A stretch of 64,000 nt of DNA, taken from positions 64,001 through 128,000 of IMG/VR virus record IMGVR_UViG_3300032893_000004; one strand, written 5' to 3'. A model generated the notes under the pieces. The model saw only the letters and a program-made list of their open reading frames with translations, ran no database searches and had not been told where the DNA came from. This stretch comes from a virus. This document shows, piece by piece, positions 38,072 through 48,353 of this stretch (position 1 is the stretch's first letter; each line of letters starts with the position of its first letter). The position numbers and the translations under genes were made by a program.

Positions 38072-38361
38072 TCCTCAACGACGCTTTCGATACTGCCTAC
38101 GAGATCATCGAAGAGATGATGCTTCACGGCATCACGTCCTACAGGTTGCAAGTTACCCGCGAGAACGAGAACCTCATCCGGCAGATTATCAAGGCGACTC
38201 GCGTGTTCCGGTCTTTCCGATATTCTTACATTGGGGTGATCGGCGGGAAGCGGTGGTTCGTGCTCCGAGATCACTCGGTGGACATCACTGGTCCAGCGCC
38301 GGCAGGCGAGCTGATCTTCGTCGATTTCAAAGCCAAGAAGCGGATGGCGAAGGCGGTCTAG
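38068..38361 (+). CDS. Hypothetical protein
   Basis: AAGGAGG RBS; GTGA overlap with the upstream gene. Confidence 0.6.
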   Translation: MILNDAFDTAYEIIEEMMLHGITSYRLQVTRENENLIRQIIKATRVFRSFRYSYIGVIGGKRWFVLRDHSVDITGPAPAGELIFVDFKAKKRMAKAV

Positions 38362-38408
38362 AACTTATTCGCACATTTACGTTCTTCCATGACTATATTT
38401 TGACATAG

Positions 38409-38431
38409 AAAAAGCGGTCTTGCAACCGCTT
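38409..38431 (-). terminator. Rho-independent terminator after the major capsid gene
   Basis: AAGCGGT/ACCGCTT hairpin with a T-run on the minus strand, between convergent genes. Confidence 0.6.
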
Positions 38432-38460
38432 CTTCAAAATCCGTTAACTATACGGAATTA

Positions 38461-39852
38461 TTAGAATAAATTGTCCACTATGACATTTTTTCTTGGCTGA
38501 TAACCGGCAAGCGTCAGGAAGCGGAAGTGAGCTTCCGGGACGGACAAGTCCGCGATTGCGAGCTTCATGCGGCTGTACGGTGCCAGCTCGTGAAAGCCCC
38601 AAGTGTCCTTCTGGACAAGGTAACCGGTCACGAAGCCCGGCGATTTGTTGCCGAGGTCAGTGAAGGTCACGTTTGCGGATCCGTTTGCTGCGATACGACC
38701 GATGTAGTATGCAGTGGAGGCCGACGTCCCGCGATACACGTTGTAGAGCGAAGCTCCAGCAACGCCTGCGATAACTAGAGCAACTTGTTGGCCAGCTGCG
38801 ACCGTAACGGGTGCCGAGAACATCTCGACGCCTTCACCGCGTTCATTCTCAGCCGTCACGCCGTACACATAAGTGCCAGCGGGGATGAGCGCGCCAGAAC
38901 CGGACGGCGTACCGACCGCAGTTGCGGGCGGGAGCGGCGAGCCGATCATTGCGCGAAGAGGCGAAGTTTTGCCGGACAAGAAGCGCGAGTCTTCGAGACC
39001 GACCGTTCCGTTGGAAACCCACTGTCTGCGGAGATCCGCGCCGGAAGCGTCTTGTGCGGAGCCAGCGAGCACGATCCGTTGGATCGAGTTCACGCCCGTA
39101 CCGAGAGCGACCGAGGTGTTGTAACCGGACAAGATGACCGGGTCAACGAACATGGTTTCTGCTTTACCCATGTTCATGCGGCTGCGGAGAGCCGAACTTT
39201 CGATGATAGGCTGGTCGAGCGAACCGTTCTGCGAGAGAACGACCGACTTGTTCGATCCGTAAGATGCGAACATCAGATCCTGCGTCGAAACGAGGATGTC
39301 CGACATGCGAACTTGCGAATCGAGGCCGAGCATGCTCGGGAGTTCCGGCATCAGAGCCGGGTTACCGTCGAAGACGCCGTTGTTTGAGAAATCGGCCTTT
39401 CCTTTGAAAGAGTCGAATTCGATGTCCGCCGACAATTTGATTGCGGCGTTGTCCGCCTCACGGTCTTCGGCTTTCTTGCCGTCGATGGTCTCAACCATGT
39501 TAGCGGCGATTGTCACACGCTCAACACAGGAGTAGAAACACATCGGAACCGTAGCCCGGATATAGTCGCCGACGTTCAAGTCGCCGACCGCGCCTTCGCG
39601 CTGCGCCGTACCACCGAACCGTCCGTAAGACAGCTGACGGTTAAACTGCACAAGCAATGACTTGGCTTTCTTCACCGAGAAGAGCTTCTGGAGCTTGATG
39701 TGACTGTCGTCAAACGTCACGTTGTGCATCACAGGCTCAAGGTTTTCGATCTGGAGAGCAGATCCTTGGACCAACTGCGACGGTGCTACGTTGTAGTTAC
39801 CGGCCTCCAAGGTTTTCACGAGACTCTCAAGAGTCTTGACTAGATCGTCCAT
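38461..39852 (-). CDS. Major capsid protein (SPO1/Twort-like HK97 fold)
   Basis: 463 aa; K-TLEAG...GSALQIENLE N-terminus; REG, AAIKL..DIEF..F.G, GLD.Q; C-terminal LAP..RMKLA and P.KNVIVDN. Confidence 0.9.
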   Translation of the reverse strand: MDDLVKTLESLVKTLEAGNYNVAPSQLVQGSALQIENLEPVMHNVTFDDSHIKLQKLFSVKKAKSLLVQFNRQLSYGRFGGTAQREGAVGDLNVGDYIRATVPMCFYSCVERVTIAANMVETIDGKKAEDREADNAAIKLSADIEFDSFKGKADFSNNGVFDGNPALMPELPSMLGLDSQVRMSDILVSTQDLMFASYGSNKSVVLSQNGSLDQPIIESSALRSRMNMGKAETMFVDPVILSGYNTSVALGTGVNSIQRIVLAGSAQDASGADLRRQWVSNGTVGLEDSRFLSGKTSPLRAMIGSPLPPATAVGTPSGSGALIPAGTYVYGVTAENERGEGVEMFSAPVTVAAGQQVALVIAGVAGASLYNVYRGTSASTAYYIGRIAANGSANVTFTDLGNKSPGFVTGYLVQKDTWGFHELAPYSRMKLAIADLSVPEAHFRFLTLAGYQPRKNVIVDNLF

Positions 39853-39854
39853 TA

Positions 39855-40694
39855 TTATTTCCCTCCCTTAGAGTGGATAATTTTTTCGACTTCTTCTGCC
39901 CCTTCACCGGAGATGTAGAGGCGGTTTACCATTTCACGTTCGCTCTTGGTCAGAGCGGCAGGCGAAAGCTTGCGAGCTTCTGCCTTAACTTGATCGATCG
40001 TCATCGGACGGCCGTTACCAGCTGCCGGATTGTCATTCTCGGTCTTGTTCATGACCTGAATTTCTGTGATCGACTTGCGAGCAGGCTTAGCGAGAGCTTC
40101 GAAGGCCTTCACGACCATCTGATTGGCTTCCTCAGCTTGCTGAACACGTTTTTCAAGAGCGGCGATCATCGCCTCCGACTTGCCCATATCTTGCGGCGGT
40201 GCTTGCGGCGCCGGAGCAGGAGGAGCGGCAGACTCGGGGGCGGCCGGTGCAGCCTGACCTTGGTCTTGGCTGTAGGCAGCTTGGAGCTGTTGGCGGATGA
40301 TCGAATAGTGTCGCTCAAGTTCGTCCGGCGGCATGGATCCGTAGATCTGGGCCAGCTCTTCATCGGACAACGGCTGGTCTTCGCCAGGTTGCCCTTCGGC
40401 CGCAAGTTGTTGCTCGTCGCCCGCCGGAGGCTGTTGGCCATCCATAGGGGGTTGGTCACCTGCAGGCGGTTGATCGCCAGCCGGAGGAGCATCATCTGCG
40501 GGAGGAGCGTCGTCGGTAGGCGGCGCGTCAGAAGAAGCCGGTGCAGCGGATTTGTCCGGAGGAGCGTTTTTGTCGTCCTTCGGATCTGAATCTGCCGGAT
40601 CTGCCTTAGCTAACAGCTCAGCCTTCGCCAGCGTTTCGTCAACGCTATCTAGGATGCTCTGTACGTCTTGGTCAGTCCATTTTGGCTTAGTCAT
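39855..40694 (-). CDS. Probable capsid scaffold protein
   Basis: Acidic, P/A-rich, coiled-coil protein immediately upstream of the capsid gene. Confidence 0.65.
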   Translation of the reverse strand: MTKPKWTDQDVQSILDSVDETLAKAELLAKADPADSDPKDDKNAPPDKSAAPASSDAPPTDDAPPADDAPPAGDQPPAGDQPPMDGQQPPAGDEQQLAAEGQPGEDQPLSDEELAQIYGSMPPDELERHYSIIRQQLQAAYSQDQGQAAPAAPESAAPPAPAPQAPPQDMGKSEAMIAALEKRVQQAEEANQMVVKAFEALAKPARKSITEIQVMNKTENDNPAAGNGRPMTIDQVKAEARKLSPAALTKSEREMVNRLYISGEGAEEVEKIIHSKGGK

Positions 40695-40725
40695 TTTCCA
40701 ATTCCCTTTCTTAGTTAGAGTCCTA

Positions 40726-41217
40726 TTATGAACTCTGGATAAGAGGATTGATCTCGTCAGACGGGATCGTGATCAGGGGCGTTGCAGCTGCGAAAGTCGT
40801 GTCGAACGCGGTGATCGATGCAGCCAAGATCGTAGCCTGCGTGGCTTGGCTGATGAACATCTTGAGTCCCATCTTGCCGAGAGCTTGATGAATGCGAGCT
40901 TGCAAAGCGCGCGAATCCGTAGTCGTCTGATCGCTGTCTTGCAGCAATTCGATGACATGCGGGCTATAAGCAGTTTGAGCGAGACCAAGGCCGTTTACGC
41001 GATATGCCGGACCGGGAACACCACCGATTAAAGGATCGGTTGCCGACTGAGCAGGATCCTGCAGAACTTTCGTCTGAACTGCGGCTGTGTTGTAAGACAC
41101 GTTGATCGCCGGATAGCCGTTGGCATCGAGTGCCTGCGTGATCGTAGCAGTAGGCATCAGCAACTGTAGTCGCTGCGTCAGTTCTCTGACTTTTGCCTGG
41201 GCGGTGAAAGCTGACAT
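40726..41217 (-). CDS. Head-associated structural protein (possible decoration protein)
   Basis: AGGAGG RBS; first gene after a late motif in the capsid operon. Confidence 0.5.
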   Translation of the reverse strand: MSAFTAQAKVRELTQRLQLLMPTATITQALDANGYPAINVSYNTAAVQTKVLQDPAQSATDPLIGGVPGPAYRVNGLGLAQTAYSPHVIELLQDSDQTTTDSRALQARIHQALGKMGLKMFISQATQATILAASITAFDTTFAAATPLITIPSDEINPLIQSS

Positions 41218-41262
41218 ATTTTATCCTCCTATTAAGGATTGAACGTTCGTTCTACAGACCAT

Positions 41263-41271
41263 ACGATTAGG
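41263..41271 (-). promoter_or_regulatory. CCTAATCGT motif (putative late promoter) upstream of the capsid operon
   Basis: Variant of the repeated motif. Confidence 0.55.
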
Positions 41272-41325
41272 TACGAATAGTCGACCAAAATGGTTAACTT
41301 ACTGAAATGGTTAACTAAAAAAATT

Positions 41326-41766
41326 TTAGACGTGGTATTTTACGTACTTGACGCAGACGCCGGAAGGCGGCTCAGATAGTCCGCAGATGACGTACGACGG
41401 CGCGCCGTCGTTCTTTTCGAGGGATGCCTCGATGGTTTTGAGGCCTTTCTTCTTAGCCCACTGCATCGCAGCCTTCTTGATCTTCGGATCGATCTCTTCG
41501 CCAAAATCCATCCGGATGGCGCCGTTTTGGAAGGCGGAAACCATACACTCGTTCTTCTTCAGTTCCTTGATGGCCTTCATGTGTTCGAAGGCAGCATTGA
41601 TCGTTTTGTTGACCATATTGTTCTGCTTTGGAGCCGGAAGGTGACGATACTGCTTCAGCCACTTGTAAAAACGATATCTTAGCTTCGGCGGAAGAGCTTT
41701 TTCCAACGGAGACATAGCCAATTCTTGCGTGATCTCAGCCGAGAGGGAGTCGATGTCTATATTCAT
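41326..41766 (-). CDS. Hypothetical head-region protein
   Basis: Likely start MNIDIDS at 41766, directly after the CCTAATCTT motif. Confidence 0.55.
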   Translation of the reverse strand: MNIDIDSLSAEITQELAMSPLEKALPPKLRYRFYKWLKQYRHLPAPKQNNMVNKTINAAFEHMKAIKELKKNECMVSAFQNGAIRMDFGEEIDPKIKKAAMQWAKKKGLKTIEASLEKNDGAPSYVICGLSEPPSGVCVKYVKYHV

Positions 41767-41773
41767 AGTGCCG

Positions 41774-41784
41774 AAGATTAGGCT
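41774..41784 (-). promoter_or_regulatory. AGCCTAATCTT motif (putative late promoter)
   Basis: Contains the stop codon of the 2191-aa gene; ATG lies 8 nt after TAATCT. Confidence 0.6.
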
Positions 41785-44700
41785 CTGCGCTTCTTCGGCG
41801 CCTTCGGCTGCAGTTCCAGTACCCAGCACTTCGTGGAAAGCTTGTTCTTCTTGAGATTGTTCAGCATCTCTTTGTTATGCTTGGGATAATCTGTATAATC
41901 GCACTGCTGGAATCCAAATTTTCTAGGATTCTCGTCGTAGATCTTCCTGAACCCAACCGTAAAAGGCTTGGTATTCGGATTGTCCCAGTACTCGCGGTCA
42001 TATTTCCCACCGTTCGACATGTATCCGCGCAGTTCGGCGCCGTGCATGTAGAGGTGGGTGATGCCTTGAGCACGTGCGTTTTCGATAACCGCAGACATGG
42101 ATGCTTCCGTCCAGTCCGACAGGTGAGTGTCGATCTTCTTGGCGTATTGCTTCATGTCCTCGGCGGTGATGTTCTGCCCATTGATCTTAGTCCCGGCCGG
42201 GAATTGGCTCATAAGAGCCTTCAGGTTTCGCCGGAACTTCTGGGCGAAATCCGATTGATATTCCTCGATCGCCCACGCGTTCTTGCCTTTGACAGATTGA
42301 TCGGTGTCAACCCGCGACCAGGAAACCATATGGGGCGTAGTGGGATGCATACCGATGGACCCGTTCGAGATGCCGTTTGTCTTCTGAAGTAGATGCTGGT
42401 ATAGAGACCAAAGTTTCGGATCCTGGGACAGCTCCTTCTCGGAAGCCTCTGAATTGTTGACCTGGACAACCAAGTTAGCTCTGCCAGGTGGATTGTGTCG
42501 CTGCAGCTTAGAAGACCATTCCGAATATGTCAGGTGATACTTCTTGGAATTATCGTCTAGAGCGCGCATAGCTTGCGCGAATTGTTCCGGCATCACCGGC
42601 TTATTCTGAGCTGAAGTGAACACGGCCTTCACTGATGGCGGGAGAGACTTCTCTTCGGCCGGAAACTTCCTCTTGAATTCGGCCCACGCCATACCTTCAG
42701 CAGGTATGAGAGCCATGGTCGCTTTCATGCGCTCGTAGTCCTTGTGCTGGAGGCTGATATCGCGTAGAACCTTCGACTCGTCCACACTTCCGCTGGCGCC
42801 GGCCTTCTGAGATTCCGGCAGCGCCACAGGGATGGCTCGAAACAGCTTGCCGCCGTACGTCGGATTGGTCAAAGCCGGGTTGAACTTTCCGCCTGGGGCA
42901 AAGAACTTCGGAAACTGCTCGTTGGAAAGAGCAAACAACTCGCCGAGATCTTGTTCCGACACGTTCGGATGTTGCATGAGTTGAGTAGCCATTTCCGACG
43001 CCGTCCTCTTATCGATGTCCTTGTAATTTTGAGCATCGTTCCGGAGAATCGCGTCGGTGTACATCTTGACAGCTTTTGGCGGAGTAGACTTGTTCGAAAG
43101 TATATCGATCGAAGCCTGAGCCATCGCTTCTTTGTTGCGATCGAACATATCGTAGACTTGAGCTGCAAGATCTTCGTCGATGTGAGGAGATGACGTCACA
43201 GGCTTAAGCTTCATAGCCAAATTATGACCTTCCGAGGGGTGGATGTCGGTGTGCCCGGAGAACATGTAATCGTGATTTTCCTTGGCATACGCTCGTAAGC
43301 TCTCGACGCCGCCGACGCCGTTTTCGACGGCCGTCTGGAACAAAGAGTTCCTAAGATCGTGGGCACCGGATTGCGCCAGAAGATCGGTTAGGTCCTTGTG
43401 AGACATGTCTGGACCCATATACTTGAGACCTTCTTCCATCGCGTACGTATAGTCGTTGTGGAATATCTCGTTGTTGTTCTTGAGCTTGACGTACATGTGC
43501 AGAAGATTCTTACCGTGGTGAGCGATATCCTCCTTGGACATCTTCGCAAACCAATCTTTAGACGATTTAACGAACGCGGTCTTCGCTCGGTTCTCATCTT
43601 TATTCGTCGATTTCTCGCCGAACTGCTGGTAGTTCGAACCGTTGAGCGCTTCCGTCGGAATATTCGTCCGATCACGTAGAGCAAAGATCGCATGCGGAGC
43701 GGACTTAAACATCTCGCGCCAATCCTGCTCTTCGAAATTTTCTGCGGCTCCTACGATACCTTTGATGGCTTCATGGGTCTTTTCGGGAGCCAATTCTTTT
43801 CCGGAAGCCTCCTCGATGGAGTGGTACTCTTTCACCATGTCCATGACCTTGAGAGCATCCTCGCGGTCCAGTTGTATGCCAGTCTTGGCGATCTTAGTCA
43901 GAATCGACAGCATCGTGGCATGGTCGCGGGACGCTTCTAACTTACCAGTATTGTTCAGGTCCGGTGCTTGGAGTCGCATATGAGACGCAACCGTTTTTAT
44001 GTGACCGTGGATCTGTCCGATCATTTCGGAAATTTTGCCTAGCTTGTCTTTCAGATTCGGCGTTTCTTCCTTGACGCTGGCATTGTGTATGGCTGTGGCG
44101 TACTGATCTAGATTGCTCAGGATCTTGTTACGGTGTTCCGCGCCCATAAATGGGGCATTCGGCGCAGCCAGATTCGGATCTTTGACCAACGCGTCCATAT
44201 CACGCATCTTAGCGTGAACCGCGTAGATCAAGTTCCCGTCCATAGCCTGTCCTATCTGACGGATCAGCGGATTGAATTTTTCGTCCGGCATCGAACGAGC
44301 GAGCTTGACGGAATCGTCCGGCTGCACGTACTGGTTATGCTCCATCTTGCTGAACATTCTAGACTGATCGATCGAGTACGGGTTCTCTGCGTTCACAGCC
44401 AGAGACCGATTCACCAGAATCGAAGAGTTCGCGCCGGTCAAGCGATCTGCGTTCTCTGCGAGAGCTTGAAGCTTCCACTCCGACGCAGATGCTTCGACGA
44501 ATCTAGGATCATTGAGCAAGTTATCCGGTATTCGGTCTTCAGATAGTTCCGCGCCGGCGGCTAATTGATTGGGATCGTTTGGCAACTGTTCCCAAAGACT
44601 GACCGCCTGATCGACGTTGCCGGCTTCGGCAGACTGCATAGCCATGTTCCTGAGTTGAGCATGCGCGAACGGAGCGATCTTAGGATCCAGAGTCTGCTTC

Positions 44701-47700
44701 TTGATGTAGTTCAAGACGAATTCGTTCTTTTGCTGTTCTTCCGGTCCAGATTCTGAAGGCGTAAACGTCGATGCGAGATTGTTCATGAACTTTTCTCGCA
44801 CCAATCCGCGAGGATCGTTTATCCCTTCCTGGGAGATCTTGTTTTCGAACGTCTTCGCAATTTCCAGCACCGCAGCCGGTTCGGTATTGGAATTCAGCTG
44901 GGACGACACGCCGGCTATCTGACGAGCGTTGAGAGTATTCGGCTGAGCCGCAGCTCTGGCCAAAGCACTGATGCCTTCGCTCGACAAGATCCCGTGATCA
45001 GAAAGCTGGATCATAGTATCGTAGTCTTTTTGATCAATGGCGTTGCGTTCGATCTGCTTGCCCATGTTAGCCGGCGCCATATTGCGCGATTTTAGAGCTA
45101 CGTACGCCGACAACATCGTTCCGTTCTTATCTTCCGGGATGGCGTAGGATGCGGATGCCAAATGTTCAAGGACACTTTTTGCGATGCGCTTTCTGTCGTC
45201 CTGCGTCAGATCATCGCCTTGCGCTGGAGCCGAGAGCGCTTGCGCCAACATAGTCGACAACTCGCCCGGACTCTTCGTACGATACAAGTCGATCAGGTTG
45301 TTCAATCGAGAATTATAGATACCCAGCGTTTCGTCTCTCATCGATGAGCGACGTCCGTGCTCGTGCGCCTCCGGGTTCAGCATAGACGAGTTGATCTTTG
45401 CGGCCAGATGCTCCAGATCTTCCGGTGTGTGATTTCCGCCGGAGACCCACGAATCGAGAGTTCTTTGACGCAGCTTAGGATTGCCTATCGCCAAGATGTC
45501 TCTGACGGAGTTAGCTTGAGTCATCTGCTGCAGTTTTTCTGGCGAGAGCAGATTATCGGCCAGAGCTTGGTGCTTTACAAGTTCGCCGTCTTTACCTGGC
45601 ATATCAGCTAGAAAATCTAGGTTTGCACCAGCCGCCTTCAAAGATGATAGGAACCGATCGTCGTGATACCCCTGCTTCTGACGAGTCATCAACGAATACC
45701 ACTTCTCAGCGATCGGATTGTCTGTCTCTGAATCGCTGAAAGACGGCATCGACGCGACCCGTCCGTGTAAATAATTGACGAGGTCTTCCGCCTTCTGGCG
45801 GCCGATGGCCTTTTTGTCCTCCGACTCGTAGCTGGAGACATGCACCCCACGACTCAGTTGATTCATCTTCCGCGCGAGCAGATTGTAGGCAAGCGGTGCC
45901 TTGCCTGAAGCGGCCGCGTGATCGATCAGCGCATCGTCTCCTGGCTTGGTGTACATCTCATCGGGGATATTATTTAGCAACCCTTCGTCGGACATGTGCC
46001 CAGGTTGGCCTTCCGGTACTGAAATAAGCTGATCCAATACAGATCTGTCATTCGGCGATTCAGGATCCAAGTGGCTTACAGCCTTCGCCTGATAATTCTG
46101 GAAACTGCCGCCGATCCTATCGTTATCTCCCGGATCGTTGTACATGCCAAGCACGGCGTTGTGGAATATGTCCGGTCTGTGGTTCTTAACATGTTCGACT
46201 TCATCTTTGATTAGTCGCTGCTTGTTATCAGTCGACAACATGTTGAAAGCGCGGTCCCACGACGCCTGAGGAGCGTTAGCGCGAACAACTGATATGGCCG
46301 CCTTCTGCGAACCGCTGTTCAAGATCGGTTCGTATTTTTTGTTCTGCTCATCCTCCGGAAGGGAATCGTAGCGCTTAAAATAATCTCCCGCTCCGATCTT
46401 ATCCATAAGTTCGCCGTTCCGGGCAATCTCATGGAACAGATATTCCGGCATATTGTTAGATTCAAACAGCTTTCGTGCCATGTGAGCGGAATCATCGAAC
46501 AGCTCTGGGCGACCGCCATGGTCGTATACTTGCGTGTTGTTTGCGATATATTCCTGACGTTTTCGGAACATGTCGGCCAAGAAATCTGGATCGGCATCGT
46601 TCAGATTTATGTTGGACTGAACCTCGGAAAGATATCCTGGATTTTTGAGAATAGCAGCTTGGGCGTTTTTGTCGCCGTTCACCGCCAGATGCGAGATGGC
46701 CGTTACGATCCTGGAGTTGTTGTCCCGCTGGTTCCTGCCCATCACGTCGTTAGAATGCGATACGACCATCTGGTTCTTCGGAACTTTGTCGTCGAAGATG
46801 TTAGCGAGATCTTTAGAATTAGCCTCGCGGATGGCAGACGGTACGCGCTGATCGAGCGCCAAGTTGAACTTACTGCTTATGACGTTCTCCGGACGCTCCT
46901 TGGTCTTCTTGGAGATCTCATCTATGTTATCGCCCTGATACTTCTCGTGAGCCTTCGCGAAGATGGCTTCCTGATCCATCTTGGGCAACTTATCGAACTG
47001 CTGCTGAAACTTCGGATCATGGTACACGTTCGAGAGACTGGTCGCACCGGACTTTAGTCCTTCCTTCACCTGCTGTTCAGCCACCAACGGATGCAGCCGT
47101 GCGGCGTCTTGAACAGTCTTTGCCCGACGTTTCAAACCTTCGTCAACCACATCCATGTCTGCGTTCGGATGATTCAGAGCCTTGACGGCGACTTCCTGGT
47201 TCTTGTGGTTTACGATCTCTTTCAGCACGTCGGGCGGTACGGACTGGGCTTGAAGAATATCGCGTGCAGAATCTAGGTCCTTCGAGCCTTTTTGCCAGTA
47301 ATCGCGGACGTCCGCTTCGTCTGCCATAGGATGCTTGATCGCTTTGTTGAAACCTTTTTGGATCAGAGCCTTAACCTGCGGCTTCGTCAGCGATGGGTTC
47401 TGAAGAAGACTGTCGACCTTGTTACGGGTCTCCCAGTCGCCTGAATCTTTGAACCGCTTTATCATACCGTTGATGGACTCTTGCGGCAGACGCGGATTCT
47501 CGATGGCACTATCGCGGGAATTCTTGCCTACCGCGTACTTTGCCAGCAGCGCCGGGTCGACGTTCTTGTGGCTTAGCAGGGCATCTAAACGCTGGTTGGC
47601 GTAATAGTCATGTCTATCGCCGGACTTGTTAGCTTCGTACCACTGGTGAATCTTGTTTAACTGATCCTTCGATAGATCTTCGCGTCCTTCCACCAGATCG

Positions 47701-48353
47701 TTGAGAGCTTCGTGCGGATCATGCTTCGAAGCCGCAAACGCGTCGATAGTCCGATCGAGAGTTTCCGGAGTGTGCCGCGAACTGTTGATCAGACCTTTCT
47801 TGGCAAAATCTAACTCTCGGGAATGCTGCTTCTGGCCATTCTCATCCAGTTCGTTCGGATCTTGCTGAGACCGACCTTTGAAGAATTTCATATAGTAGTT
47901 CGGGCCAAGATGCTTGTAGGCATGAGGTACATCGCCGGAAGCTAGAACTTTCTCCGCCATTCCTTTCAGCTGATTCTCGTCCAAGATACCAGAATCGGCC
48001 ATTTCTGCGTGCAAATCCGACGAAGGATTCTCCGGATTGAAAGTCTTCAAGACAAAGTCTTGCTTCAACTCTTTAGGAGTATTCGGATGCTTGAGGATAT
48101 TCTCCATCAAGTCGTTGCGCGGTTCGGCGTCGCCGGTAGCAGCCGAGGTCGAGTCAGGAGTTACCGGCGCCATCGTGTGATGATAAAGCTTATCGATCGA
48201 ATGAGCTGACAGATTGGGATGAGAAGTCACTTCCTTCATCAGGTCGATGTTGTCAGCCTGCTCGTGTTCGGGCAGCTGGATATGATGTTCCACGTGGGCG
48301 TGCAAGGTATCTGCCGGCGTGTCGGGCGCTAAGTGTTTGATCTCGTCGCTCAT
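41778..48353 (-). CDS. Giant (2191 aa) helical-repeat protein with a possible C-terminal GNAT-like domain
   Basis: Many [HN]P[NS] LRV/HEAT-like repeats; C-terminal WAIEEYQSD...AVIENARAQGITHLYM...FRKIY...KFGF. Confidence 0.6.
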   Translation of the reverse strand: MSDEIKHLAPDTPADTLHAHVEHHIQLPEHEQADNIDLMKEVTSHPNLSAHSIDKLYHHTMAPVTPDSTSAATGDAEPRNDLMENILKHPNTPKELKQDFVLKTFNPENPSSDLHAEMADSGILDENQLKGMAEKVLASGDVPHAYKHLGPNYYMKFFKGRSQQDPNELDENGQKQHSRELDFAKKGLINSSRHTPETLDRTIDAFAASKHDPHEALNDLVEGREDLSKDQLNKIHQWYEANKSGDRHDYYANQRLDALLSHKNVDPALLAKYAVGKNSRDSAIENPRLPQESINGMIKRFKDSGDWETRNKVDSLLQNPSLTKPQVKALIQKGFNKAIKHPMADEADVRDYWQKGSKDLDSARDILQAQSVPPDVLKEIVNHKNQEVAVKALNHPNADMDVVDEGLKRRAKTVQDAARLHPLVAEQQVKEGLKSGATSLSNVYHDPKFQQQFDKLPKMDQEAIFAKAHEKYQGDNIDEISKKTKERPENVISSKFNLALDQRVPSAIREANSKDLANIFDDKVPKNQMVVSHSNDVMGRNQRDNNSRIVTAISHLAVNGDKNAQAAILKNPGYLSEVQSNINLNDADPDFLADMFRKRQEYIANNTQVYDHGGRPELFDDSAHMARKLFESNNMPEYLFHEIARNGELMDKIGAGDYFKRYDSLPEDEQNKKYEPILNSGSQKAAISVVRANAPQASWDRAFNMLSTDNKQRLIKDEVEHVKNHRPDIFHNAVLGMYNDPGDNDRIGGSFQNYQAKAVSHLDPESPNDRSVLDQLISVPEGQPGHMSDEGLLNNIPDEMYTKPGDDALIDHAAASGKAPLAYNLLARKMNQLSRGVHVSSYESEDKKAIGRQKAEDLVNYLHGRVASMPSFSDSETDNPIAEKWYSLMTRQKQGYHDDRFLSSLKAAGANLDFLADMPGKDGELVKHQALADNLLSPEKLQQMTQANSVRDILAIGNPKLRQRTLDSWVSGGNHTPEDLEHLAAKINSSMLNPEAHEHGRRSSMRDETLGIYNSRLNNLIDLYRTKSPGELSTMLAQALSAPAQGDDLTQDDRKRIAKSVLEHLASASYAIPEDKNGTMLSAYVALKSRNMAPANMGKQIERNAIDQKDYDTMIQLSDHGILSSEGISALARAAAQPNTLNARQIAGVSSQLNSNTEPAAVLEIAKTFENKISQEGINDPRGLVREKFMNNLASTFTPSESGPEEQQKNEFVLNYIKKQTLDPKIAPFAHAQLRNMAMQSAEAGNVDQAVSLWEQLPNDPNQLAAGAELSEDRIPDNLLNDPRFVEASASEWKLQALAENADRLTGANSSILVNRSLAVNAENPYSIDQSRMFSKMEHNQYVQPDDSVKLARSMPDEKFNPLIRQIGQAMDGNLIYAVHAKMRDMDALVKDPNLAAPNAPFMGAEHRNKILSNLDQYATAIHNASVKEETPNLKDKLGKISEMIGQIHGHIKTVASHMRLQAPDLNNTGKLEASRDHATMLSILTKIAKTGIQLDREDALKVMDMVKEYHSIEEASGKELAPEKTHEAIKGIVGAAENFEEQDWREMFKSAPHAIFALRDRTNIPTEALNGSNYQQFGEKSTNKDENRAKTAFVKSSKDWFAKMSKEDIAHHGKNLLHMYVKLKNNNEIFHNDYTYAMEEGLKYMGPDMSHKDLTDLLAQSGAHDLRNSLFQTAVENGVGGVESLRAYAKENHDYMFSGHTDIHPSEGHNLAMKLKPVTSSPHIDEDLAAQVYDMFDRNKEAMAQASIDILSNKSTPPKAVKMYTDAILRNDAQNYKDIDKRTASEMATQLMQHPNVSEQDLGELFALSNEQFPKFFAPGGKFNPALTNPTYGGKLFRAIPVALPESQKAGASGSVDESKVLRDISLQHKDYERMKATMALIPAEGMAWAEFKRKFPAEEKSLPPSVKAVFTSAQNKPVMPEQFAQAMRALDDNSKKYHLTYSEWSSKLQRHNPPGRANLVVQVNNSEASEKELSQDPKLWSLYQHLLQKTNGISNGSIGMHPTTPHMVSWSRVDTDQSVKGKNAWAIEEYQSDFAQKFRRNLKALMSQFPAGTKINGQNITAEDMKQYAKKIDTHLSDWTEASMSAVIENARAQGITHLYMHGAELRGYMSNGGKYDREYWDNPNTKPFTVGFRKIYDENPRKFGFQQCDYTDYPKHNKEMLNNLKKNKLSTKCWVLELQPKAPKKRRA

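Noticed and set aside
41778-48353. Tape measure protein or virion RNA polymerase
   Set aside because: It lies in the head module, has proline-punctuated solenoid repeats, and I found no polymerase catalytic motif.
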